NCBI GenBank assembly: GCA_963727485.1
Contig: CAVSGM010000003.1
Span: 64,001-128,000 of the forward strand
Length of the DNA stretch: 64,000 bases
From: an uncultured delta proteobacterium
GTDB taxonomy: Bacteria; Myxococcota; Myxococcia; SLRQ01
Reading direction: 5' to 3'
Numbering within the stretch: the first letter of the stretch is position 1; every line of letters begins with the position of its first letter. The position numbers and the translations under genes were made by a program. Positions 32,918 through 41,496 of this stretch are shown here, piece after piece. Below the pieces are notes generated by a model. That model ran no database searches, was not told the DNA's origin, and saw only the letters and a list, made by a program, of their open reading frames with translations.

Positions 32918-35122
32918 ATGACGTTCCAGCTCGTCCTCGCCGTGGTCCTCCTGCTCGTCGTCGCCGGTGCCGGCGTCGCCGTGATGGCCTCACTGCGCAA
33001 GAAGCGCGAGGCCAAGGATACCGCTGCCTTCCACGCCTCCCGGGAGCGTGAGCTCCACATCCCGGTGTCGCTCCACCCGGTCATCGACCCGGACATCTGC
33101 ATCGGGAGTCTCGCCTGCATCCGGGCCTGCCCCGAGGGTGACATCCTGGGCATCGTGGAGGGGACGGCGCGGCTCATCGAGGGAGCCAAGTGCATCGGCC
33201 ACGGGCGCTGCGCCGAGGAGTGCCCGGTGGACGCCATCAAGCTGGTCTTCGGCTCCGGCGAGCGCGGGGTCGACCTCCCCAGCCTCGCCGCCGGCTTCGA
33301 GACCAGCCGCCCCGGGGTCCACATCGTGGGCGAGCTCGGGGGCATGGGGCTCATCAAGAACGCCATCGCCCAGGGGGTGCAGGTCGTCGACCACCTGGCC
33401 AAGACCGTCGCCAACCCCGGCAACGGGGCCACCGACGTGGCCATCGTCGGCGCCGGGCCCGCCGGGCTCGCCGCCGCCGCCGCCTGCCGCACCCACGGCC
33501 TCTCCTTCCGCCTCCTGGAGCAGCACACCCTCGGCGGCGCCGTGGCCCACTACCCGCGCCAGAAGCTGGTGATGACCGAGTCGGTGGAGGTCCCCGGCTA
33601 CGGGCGCATCGGCAAGAAGACCCTCCGCAAGGAGGAGATCCTCGAGACCTTCCAGGACCTGGCCACCACCACCGGGGTGACGGTCGAGGAGGGGGTGAAG
33701 GTCGAGTCCCTCGAGGGCGACCTCGACCGCTTCGTCCTCCACACCACCCAGGGCACCGTGCAGGCCCGGCGGGTGGTGCTGGCGGTGGGCCGCCGGGGCA
33801 CCCCGCGCAAGCTGGGCGTCCCCGGCGAGGAGCTCGACAAGGTCACCTACGGCCTCATCGACCCCGACCAGTACGAAGGCAAGCGGGTGATGGTCATCGG
33901 CGGTGGCGACAGCGCCATCGAGGCGGCGGTGATGCTCGCCGAGGACACCGGGGCCGAGGTCTCAATCTCCTACCGCGGCCCCGCCTTCGCCCGCTGCCGC
34001 CCCGCCAACCGGGAGGCCATCGAGCGGATGGTGGACGCGGGGCGGATCCACGCCTTCATGAGCTCCAACGTGCGGGCCATCGAGGACGACGCCGTCCTCA
34101 TCGACGTCGGCGGGCGCCAGGCCTGGCTCGCCAACGAGTACGTCATCGTCAACATCGGGGGCGAGCTCCCCTTCGCGTTCCTGGAGAACGTGGGCGTCGA
34201 GGTCAAGCGCCACCACGGCGAGGACCGGGGCTTCAAGCCCGGGGTCGACTTCGACCAGGAGGAGAAGGCCAGCCGCCGGCTCAACCTCAGCCTCTTCGGC
34301 GTCGGCGCGGCGATCATCGCCTTCCTCGCCATCGTCGGCTGGAGCTACTACCTCATCCCCGTCGACCTGCGGCCCAACTCGCCCCTGGACGCGGCCCTCA
34401 AGCCGTCGGGGTGGTGGGGGCACGGCGTGGGCATCGTGGCCACCGGGTTCATGATGCTCAACTTCCTCTACGCGGGCCGCAAGCGCCTCAAGTTCCTGAA
34501 CCGGGGGAAGCTGCGCAACTGGCTCTCCTTCCACATGTTCGTGGGGTTCATGGCGCCCCTGGTCATCGTGTTCCACGCCGCCTTCCAGTCCCGGAACCTG
34601 CTGGCGACGGTGACCGCGGTGTCGCTGGGGATCGTGGTCGCCACCGGCATCATCGGCCGCTTCCTCTTCGGCCTGGTGCCCACCAGCAAGGGCAAGGCGG
34701 TGGAGCTCGCCACCCTGCGCAGCCGCTGGGAGCGCCACCGCTCGCGGATCACCAACCTGATGGCGGCCTCGGCCTCGCGCCTCGAGGCGCGCAAGCTTCT
34801 GGCCTGGGCCACCACCGAGCTCCCCGACGACGTCACCCTCACCCGCCACCTGCTGGAGATGCCCGGGGAGCTGACCCGGGCCTGGAAGGGCCTGAACGCC
34901 GCGAGGCCGCTGTTCGGCGAGGCCGAGCACTTCAAGGACTTCCGCAACGGCTACCTGCGCCTCCTGCTGATGCGGACCCAGGTGGGCTTCTACAAGAGCC
35001 TCAAGCGCCTGATGGGGGTGTGGCGGATTCTCCACGTGGCCCTGGCCGTCCTCATGGTATTCGTCATCGCCGCCCACATCGGCGTGTCCCTCTACATCGG
35101 CTACACGTGGATCTTCCACTGA
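32918..35122 (+). CDS. Membrane-anchored ferredoxin + FAD/NAD(P)H oxidoreductase fused to a ferric-reductase-like bis-heme-b membrane domain
   Basis: N-terminal TM helix; CIGSLACIRACP and CIGHGRCAEECP; GAGPAG; GGGDSA..ISYR; C-terminal TMs with two H-x13-H pairs. Confidence 0.85.
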   Translation: MTFQLVLAVVLLLVVAGAGVAVMASLRKKREAKDTAAFHASRERELHIPVSLHPVIDPDICIGSLACIRACPEGDILGIVEGTARLIEGAKCIGHGRCAEECPVDAIKLVFGSGERGVDLPSLAAGFETSRPGVHIVGELGGMGLIKNAIAQGVQVVDHLAKTVANPGNGATDVAIVGAGPAGLAAAAACRTHGLSFRLLEQHTLGGAVAHYPRQKLVMTESVEVPGYGRIGKKTLRKEEILETFQDLATTTGVTVEEGVKVESLEGDLDRFVLHTTQGTVQARRVVLAVGRRGTPRKLGVPGEELDKVTYGLIDPDQYEGKRVMVIGGGDSAIEAAVMLAEDTGAEVSISYRGPAFARCRPANREAIERMVDAGRIHAFMSSNVRAIEDDAVLIDVGGRQAWLANEYVIVNIGGELPFAFLENVGVEVKRHHGEDRGFKPGVDFDQEEKASRRLNLSLFGVGAAIIAFLAIVGWSYYLIPVDLRPNSPLDAALKPSGWWGHGVGIVATGFMMLNFLYAGRKRLKFLNRGKLRNWLSFHMFVGFMAPLVIVFHAAFQSRNLLATVTAVSLGIVVATGIIGRFLFGLVPTSKGKAVELATLRSRWERHRSRITNLMAASASRLEARKLLAWATTELPDDVTLTRHLLEMPGELTRAWKGLNAARPLFGEAEHFKDFRNGYLRLLLMRTQVGFYKSLKRLMGVWRILHVALAVLMVFVIAAHIGVSLYIGYTWIFH

Positions 35123-37662
35123 CCCCAAGGGCCACCCGCCTGCTGGCGGGCGCGGCGGCGGTCCTCTGCCTCTGGGCGACGCCCGGCGTGGCGCGGGCGC
35201 AGATCCTCTCCCCGGGGAAGCTGGCCGAGGTCCACAAGCACCTCGAGGGGCTCACCAACTGCACCAAGTGCCACGGCGGCGGGTCGGCGGTCTCCGAGCC
35301 CCGGTGCCTCGCCTGCCACACCCTGGTGCGCAGCCGGGTGAAGGCCGGCAAGGGCCTCCACGGGCGGCTCTCCACCAAGCAGCTCGCCTGCGAGAAGTGC
35401 CACACCGACCACCGGGGCCGGGACGCCAACATCATCAAGTGGGGCGCCGGGGGCGAGAACGGCTTCGACCACGCGCGCGCCGGGTGGCCGCTCACCGGGG
35501 GCCACAAGAAGGTCGACTGCAAGCAGTGCCACACCCGAAGGCTCATCGTGCAGCTCGACGTGAAGCAGTACCTGGCCAAGCACCCCAGGATGCACACCTG
35601 GCTGGGGCTCTCCCAGCGCTGCGCCAGCTGCCACTTCGACGAGCACCGGGGCCAGGAGTCCACCAACTGCGCGCTGTGCCACGACACCAAGAAGTGGATC
35701 CCGGCGCCGCTGTTCAACCATGACAAGACCGCCTACAAGCTCCGGGGCAAGCACCGCCGCGTGGCCTGCGTGAAGTGCCACGCCCGGAAGGCCGACACCA
35801 CCACCCCCGCCGACGCCTTCCCCAAGCCGGTGAAGCAGGACTACGAGGTCTTCAAGCCCGTCAAGCACGCCCGGTGCCTCGACTGCCACGCCGACCCCCA
35901 CAAGGGGAAGTTCGGGCTGAACTGCGAGGGCTGCCACACGGTCAACGGGTGGAAGATCATGAAGGCGAGCGTCAACAAGATCGCCTTCCACCAGAAGACC
36001 CGGTTCCCCCTCGTCGGCGCCCACCTCACCGTGAGCTGCCGCGCCTGCCACGGGCCCTTCCCCGGGCAGAAGGCCGTCTTCCGGGGGCTGCCGTTCAAGC
36101 GCTGCACCGACTGCCACGCCGACGCCCACCAGGGGCAGACCGGCAAGCTCGACTGCGACGCCTGCCACACCCTCTCCAGCTTCTCCCCGGCGAAGTTCAG
36201 CATCGCCGACCACGCCAAGAAGACCGACTACCCGCTGGAGGGCGCCCACGCGGCGGTGGCCTGCAACCTCTGCCACACCCCGAACCGGCGCCTGCTGCGC
36301 CAGGTGAGCTGGCGGGTCAAGCGCAAGCTCAAGCGGGAGCGGCGGCCGCTCCTGGTCAGCGACATGCGCCTCTCGATCCCCAAGCGGGATCGCAAGTGCC
36401 TCTCGTGCCACCTCAACCCCCACGGCCACCAGCTCGACGACGCCATCCGCAAGCACGGGTGCATCGAGTGCCACGTGGTCAAGGACTGGCACGACGTCAG
36501 CCGCTTCGACCACGACACCGAGAGCCGCTTCCCCTTGAACGGCGGCCACGCCAAGGTGGCCTGCGGCAAGTGCCACTTCCAGAAGGTGAAGATCGCCGGC
36601 AAGCTTCAGATCCTCTACCGGCCCCTGTCGATGGAGTGCGAGAGCTGCCACACCGACGTCCACCTGGGGCAGTTCCAGGGCACCGCCAAGAGCCGCTGCG
36701 TCGACTGCCACACGGTGAAGACCTGGAAGGTGACCAGGTTCGTCCACCGGCCGCCGTTCACCCGGTACACCCTCACGGGAGCCCACGCGAAGCTCAAGTG
36801 CGCCGCCTGCCACGTGCCCATCCGGGTCGACGGCCACCAGGCGGTGCGCTACCGCCCCCTGCCCTCGAAGTGCGAGGGGTGCCACGCCGACTTCCACCAC
36901 GGGGCCTTCGCGAGCCTGAAGATGAAGGGCGTGAAGCAGGGCGCCGGCTGCGCCGCCTGCCACACGGTCAAGAGCTGGTCCGACGCCACCTTCGACCACG
37001 ACCCCACCGGCTTCCCCCTCGAGGGCGCGCACCGGACGGCGAGCTGCTGGGGCTGCCACATGAAGGACCTCTCGGCGCCGATCCCCAAGACCTGCAGCGG
37101 CTGCCACAAGGATCCCCACGCCGGCCAGCTCGGCACCCAGTGCGACACCTGCCACGACGAGTCCACCTGGAAGTCGAGCTTCGGGCCGGTGCAGCACGCG
37201 CGCACCGGCTTCCCCCTCACCGGGCGCCACGCGACCATCCCCTGCCAGGAGTGCCACTTCGAGGCGCGCAACCAGACCTTCAGCCGGGTCAGCCCCAGCT
37301 GCTACGGCTGCCACCGCGCCGACTTCAACCGGGCCGCCACCGTCTCCATCGACCACGTGAAGGCGGGCTTCTCCCACGACTGCGCCCAGTGCCACTCCAC
37401 CTGGGCCTGGACCCCGGCGGCGTTCCCCGGCCACGACACCTGCTTCCTCATCAGCGGCGGGCCCCACGACCGGATCACCTGCCGGGGCTGCCACACCTCC
37501 CTGACCGGGGCGACCATCACCGGGGCCTGCAACTCGGGCACCTACACCTGCGTGCGCTGCCACGCCCACGACAAGACGCGGTCCGATGCGCAGCACCAGA
37601 ACGTCCCCGGCTACCAGTACAAGGACCAGAAGTGCTACGAGTGCCACAAGTTCGCGGGGTAG
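35107..37662 (+). CDS. Secreted 30-heme c-type cytochrome (ten triheme c7-like modules)
   Basis: Sec signal ending ARA/Q; 30 CxxCH motifs counted; repeated FxH..FPL.G.H distal-His motifs; probable GTG start overlapping the upstream gene. Confidence 0.92.
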   Translation: MDLPLTPRATRLLAGAAAVLCLWATPGVARAQILSPGKLAEVHKHLEGLTNCTKCHGGGSAVSEPRCLACHTLVRSRVKAGKGLHGRLSTKQLACEKCHTDHRGRDANIIKWGAGGENGFDHARAGWPLTGGHKKVDCKQCHTRRLIVQLDVKQYLAKHPRMHTWLGLSQRCASCHFDEHRGQESTNCALCHDTKKWIPAPLFNHDKTAYKLRGKHRRVACVKCHARKADTTTPADAFPKPVKQDYEVFKPVKHARCLDCHADPHKGKFGLNCEGCHTVNGWKIMKASVNKIAFHQKTRFPLVGAHLTVSCRACHGPFPGQKAVFRGLPFKRCTDCHADAHQGQTGKLDCDACHTLSSFSPAKFSIADHAKKTDYPLEGAHAAVACNLCHTPNRRLLRQVSWRVKRKLKRERRPLLVSDMRLSIPKRDRKCLSCHLNPHGHQLDDAIRKHGCIECHVVKDWHDVSRFDHDTESRFPLNGGHAKVACGKCHFQKVKIAGKLQILYRPLSMECESCHTDVHLGQFQGTAKSRCVDCHTVKTWKVTRFVHRPPFTRYTLTGAHAKLKCAACHVPIRVDGHQAVRYRPLPSKCEGCHADFHHGAFASLKMKGVKQGAGCAACHTVKSWSDATFDHDPTGFPLEGAHRTASCWGCHMKDLSAPIPKTCSGCHKDPHAGQLGTQCDTCHDESTWKSSFGPVQHARTGFPLTGRHATIPCQECHFEARNQTFSRVSPSCYGCHRADFNRAATVSIDHVKAGFSHDCAQCHSTWAWTPAAFPGHDTCFLISGGPHDRITCRGCHTSLTGATITGACNSGTYTCVRCHAHDKTRSDAQHQNVPGYQYKDQKCYECHKFAG

Positions 37663-37741
37663 GCGTCTTGACCACACGCGTCCTTACAACGGCGCCGGAT
37701 CGGCTGACGGACGGCGGCGCAACCAGGGATAATCACGCCTG

Positions 37742-38575
37742 ATGCGTCGCCTCGCCCCACGCGTCCTGGTGCTCGCCTGCGCCGGGGTCCTCCTCGCCGC
37801 CGCCGCCTGCGGTGACGCCGGGGACAACCGCCACACCAACCACTGGCTCACGGCCCTGACGCCGTCGGACCACGCGACCTGGTTCCCCATCGACTCCGGT
37901 GCCCACAAGGGGATGGACTGCAACCTCTGCCACGGCAGCTTCGACAGCTTCAAGGGCTTCAGCTGCACCGGGTGCCACGCCCACGACCAGTCGGTCACCG
38001 ACCCCCTCCACAGCGGGGTCCCCGGCTACAGCTACGGGCCCACCACCTGCTACATGTGCCACAAGAACGGCACGGTGCGCTTCGACCTCGCCCAGCACCA
38101 GAAGGCCTTCCCCATCGGGGACGGCACGCCCCATGCCACCGAGGCCTGCAGCGACTGCCACAGCGACTCCAGCCGCCTCGGCGAGGTGGCCTTCGTCACC
38201 TGCGGCAGCTGCCACGCCCACAGCCAGGCCAAAACCGATCCCTTCCACAACCAGCCCAAGGACGGGGGCGCCCCGGTGGGCCAGATCTACGCCTGGGGCG
38301 TGAACACCTGCATCCAGTGCCACCTCGACGGGCGCATGCTCCTGCGCGCCGACCACACCCCGCAGGCGACCTACAACGGCAACAACGTCGCCATGGGACC
38401 GCACCTCCAGGGCGCCATGTGCGCCGACTGCCACCTCACGCGAGACTTCAAGACCTTCACCTGTGGCCCCTGCCACGACCCCGGGGGCTTCGCCGCGGAG
38501 AAGACCGCGGCCTGCGACACCGCCAAGGGCTCAGCGTGCACCGATCTCGAGAAGTACAACTACTTCTACAAGTGA
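37742..38575 (+). CDS. Octaheme c-type cytochrome lipoprotein
   Basis: Lipobox AAAC and 8 CxxCH motifs counted. Confidence 0.9.
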   Translation: MRRLAPRVLVLACAGVLLAAAACGDAGDNRHTNHWLTALTPSDHATWFPIDSGAHKGMDCNLCHGSFDSFKGFSCTGCHAHDQSVTDPLHSGVPGYSYGPTTCYMCHKNGTVRFDLAQHQKAFPIGDGTPHATEACSDCHSDSSRLGEVAFVTCGSCHAHSQAKTDPFHNQPKDGGAPVGQIYAWGVNTCIQCHLDGRMLLRADHTPQATYNGNNVAMGPHLQGAMCADCHLTRDFKTFTCGPCHDPGGFAAEKTAACDTAKGSACTDLEKYNYFYK

Positions 38576-40174
38576 CACCGGTGCGGGCGCTGGGCCTCTG
38601 CGTGATCCTCGGGTTGATGGTGACGGGTCACCCGGCTCATGCCGGACGGGGCCGGGTCACCTACGCCACCGAGCACTGGGCGTTCCTCGACCAGGGGCGC
38701 GCCGACGGCCTGGTCGACGGGCGGCGGGTGGCGCTGGTCCGCCACGGCCATCGGGTGGGACGGTGCCGGGTCGAGCACGTGGCCGAGCACCACGCCGCCT
38801 GCGCCATGCGCGGGGCCCGGTCCGGAGATCTGGCGGTGTTCCGGGGGCGGGCGCCCCGGCCCCAGCGGGAGGCGCTGGGCAAGCCCCCGGCGCCGGTGTC
38901 CCGGGCGGTGGCCCGGCACTTCGCGCGGCTGCGCATCGCCCGGGTGCCCTTCCGGGGGACCTTTGGCGCCGGGAACCTCACGGGGATGGCCCTCGCCGTG
39001 GACGTCCAGCACCAGAGCTGGGTGGGGCTGGCGGCCACCGCCACCCGCTACCACCGCGAGTCGGTGGAGATCTCGCTTGCGGGGATCCCCATCTGGAACG
39101 GGTTCACCGCCTCCGCCGACGCCACGGTGGCCTGGTGGCCCGACCGCCCCAGCAACACCCGCTACCGCCCCGACACCCCGCTCCAGCTCTTCGTGTGGCA
39201 GACCGCGGTGACCCGCCGGGCCCCCGGCGGCCTGACCCTCTCCGCCGGGCGCTTCGTGCCCTGGCACACCCCGGGGCTCACGCTGCTCGACGGGGTGCAG
39301 GCCGGGTGGGCGCCCGCGTCGGGGACCGCCGAGGTGGGCCTCTACGCCGGGACGCTGCCGGACATCATGACCCTGGCTCCGTCCACCAGCCAGTGGACCA
39401 CCGGCGCCTACTTCTCCCAGCGGCTCGGGACCAACCAGGCCTTCCGCTTCAGCTACGAGGGCCGCCTCGCCTTCACCCACTACGCCAACGACCCGGCCCG
39501 GGTGGAGACCGAGGTGGTCACCTCCACGGACATCGGCTCGGCGGTCTCCGCGGACCTCGACCTGCGCCTGGCCCTGGTGGGCCAGACCCAGCCGGCGCCG
39601 GGGGTGGACGCCTTCCGGGGGTCGGTGACGGTGCGGCCGGCCGACGGGATCTCGGTGCGCGCCGGGTACCGGTACCTCTCGCCGTTTGCCGCCGACGCCG
39701 ACGCCCTCTTCGCCTGGAACGTCCCCGGGAGCCGGCACCTGTCGGCCTCGGTCTCCTGGGCCCTGTCCCCGGACCTGACCCTGGGGGTCGACGGCGACGG
39801 CGCCTGGATCCTCGACCAGGTGAGCACCACCCGCGCCGACATCGGGCCCTCCGTGGACTTCCCCCACCTCTTCGGGGAGCACGGCGGGGTCTCCCTGGGC
39901 GTGCGCGAGGGCTTCGGGTGGACCGGCGGGCCGGTGGCCTGGGCCCAGGCGATTCTGGTCGCCCCACCGGGGCTTCCACCTGATGCTCCGCGGCGACTAC
40001 ATGTCCACCACCTTCGTGGGGCGCGTGGGCGATCGGCTCCAGGAGGGCGGGCTCTACGGGAGCGTGGACTTCGACCTCACCCGGACCCTCTCGGCGCGGC
40101 TCGCCCTGGGCGGGCGCGGGGGGTTCGGGACCGGGGCGATCACCGCGAACGCCGGGATCACCGGGCGCTTCTAG
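38572..40174 (+). CDS. Putative outer-membrane beta-barrel with a small N-terminal domain; apparent frameshift at 39951-39955
   Basis: Signal peptide ending AHA, amphipathic aromatic-rich beta-strands and C-terminal ...AGITGRF*; GTG start overlaps the cytochrome stop. Confidence 0.72.
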
Positions 40175-40207
40175 GGCCGGCGGCTCGCCCTGGGCGGCGG
40201 GCGGCGC

Positions 40208-40235
40208 GGCGGTCCGGCGGTCCGGCGGTCCGGCG
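40208..40235 (+). repeat. 8-bp tandem repeat (GGCGGTCC) x3.5, intergenic
   Basis: GGCGGTCCGGCGGTCCGGCGGTCCGGCG read directly. Confidence 0.7.
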
Positions 40236-40338
40236 TTCGCACGGGTGGTCCGCGGGCCGGTCGCGTCGCCGGGGCCGGGGGCGTCGCGGCGGGCCGGGGG
40301 CGCTGGGCGGGGCCGCGGATCCCGCCGGGCGGCGGGCG

Positions 40339-40354
40339 TGGCATGGGCGCTGCA
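40339..40354 (+). promoter_or_regulatory. Candidate sigma-54 promoter for radC
   Basis: TGGCATGGGCGCTGCA has GG-N10-GC spacing and is close to TGGCAC-N5-TTGCA; it ends 16 bp before the ATG. Confidence 0.5.
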
Positions 40355-40370
40355 CTGCGCCCCGTCCGTG

Positions 40371-41054
40371 ATGAGACCCCTGCCGCTGGTCGACGACCGG
40401 CCCCGGGAGCGCCTGGCGGCGCTCGGGGCCGAAGCCCTCTCCGATCGTGAGCTCCTGGCCCTGGTGCTCGGCGCCGGCGGGGGCGCCGGAGGGCCCGCGG
40501 TGGCGGCCTCGGCGCTCCTGCGGCGCTTCGGCGACCTCCACGGGGTGGAGCGGGCCCGGCCCTCGGAGCTGATGCGGGTCCCGGGCCTCGGCGCCGCCCG
40601 CACCGCGGCGCTGCGGGCGGCCCTGGCCCTCGGCCGGCGGGTGGTCGCCGCCGAGCGGCCCCGGGGCGAGCCGGTGAAGAGCGCCGCCGACGTCCACGCC
40701 CGCCTCTCGCCGGTGCTGCGCCACCACGACCGCGAGGTCTTCGTGGTGGTCCTCCTCGACGTCCGCCACCGGCTCCTGGCCGAGGTCCGGGTCGCCGAGG
40801 GCGGACTCACCGCCTGCGCCATCCATCCGCGCGAGGTCTTCGAGCCGGCGCTCCGGGAGCGGGCGGCGGCGGTGATCTTCGTCCACAACCACCCCAGCGG
40901 CGATCCCACGCCCTCCCACGAGGACCTGGCCCTCACCGCGCGGCTGGTGATCGCCGCCGAGGCCCTCGGGGTCAGGGCCCTCGACCACGTGGTCATCGGC
41001 GACGGGCGCTTCGTCTCCATGGCCGACCGGGGGCTGATGGGGCGCCCGGCTTGA
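40371..41054 (+). CDS. radC: RadC (JAB/MPN domain) protein
   Basis: DRPRERL...LSDRELLA, HPREVF, HNHPSGDPTPS.ED and LDHVVIG. Confidence 0.93.
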   Translation: MRPLPLVDDRPRERLAALGAEALSDRELLALVLGAGGGAGGPAVAASALLRRFGDLHGVERARPSELMRVPGLGAARTAALRAALALGRRVVAAERPRGEPVKSAADVHARLSPVLRHHDREVFVVVLLDVRHRLLAEVRVAEGGLTACAIHPREVFEPALRERAAAVIFVHNHPSGDPTPSHEDLALTARLVIAAEALGVRALDHVVIGDGRFVSMADRGLMGRPA

Positions 41055-41077
41055 GGCGCCGCCGCAAAGGAGCCCGC

Positions 41078-41443
41078 ATGTCCCGACTCGCCGTCCCCCT
41101 CGCCGGCGCCGCGCTCGCCGCCTGCAGCCCGCCCGCCCCCGCGACGTCCTCGCGGCCCCCGGCCCCCTCCGCGCGCCGGGCCGGTCCCGCAGGCGCCCCC
41201 GCGCGGCCGCTGGCCAGAACCTGCCCCGCCGACGGCGAGGTCGATCGCATCGAGGGGCCGTACGCGGTGGTGGTCGAGCCCGGGGGCGACGTGGTCGACT
41301 GCCCCGCCGGCGGCCTCCACGAGGGCGACGTCCTCCGGGGCGGCCGGGTGGACCCTGGGGCCACCGCGCGCCTCGCCGCCGACGTCGCGCGCCTCCGCGC
41401 CCGCCTCGGCGCCGGCGACGACGGGGCGGACCTGAACCTGTGA
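41078..41443 (+). CDS. DUF3006-like lipoprotein
   Basis: RBS AAGGAG, lipobox LAAC and VDRIEG.YAV...EGDVL...D..AT pattern. Confidence 0.6.
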   Translation: MSRLAVPLAGAALAACSPPAPATSSRPPAPSARRAGPAGAPARPLARTCPADGEVDRIEGPYAVVVEPGGDVVDCPAGGLHEGDVLRGGRVDPGATARLAADVARLRARLGAGDDGADLNL

Positions 41444-41496
41444 TCCCGGGGGCCGCATTTCCCTCGCGCGCCATGCCGGGTACAACACCCGGGGCC

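Noticed and set aside
35026..35030. Other GATTC/GAATC sites (for example 35026, 7893, 44891)
   Set aside because: Reading frames and motifs continue correctly across them, so they are natural sequence.
33190..35106. Apparent 640-aa N-terminal extension of the multiheme cytochrome
   Set aside because: Alternative frame of the oxidoreductase gene; the signal peptide begins near 35107.
40371..41054. radC as a marker of an integrative element
   Set aside because: It is the full-length chromosomal type with the N-terminal PRERL domain, and I found no integrase, att sites or transfer genes.
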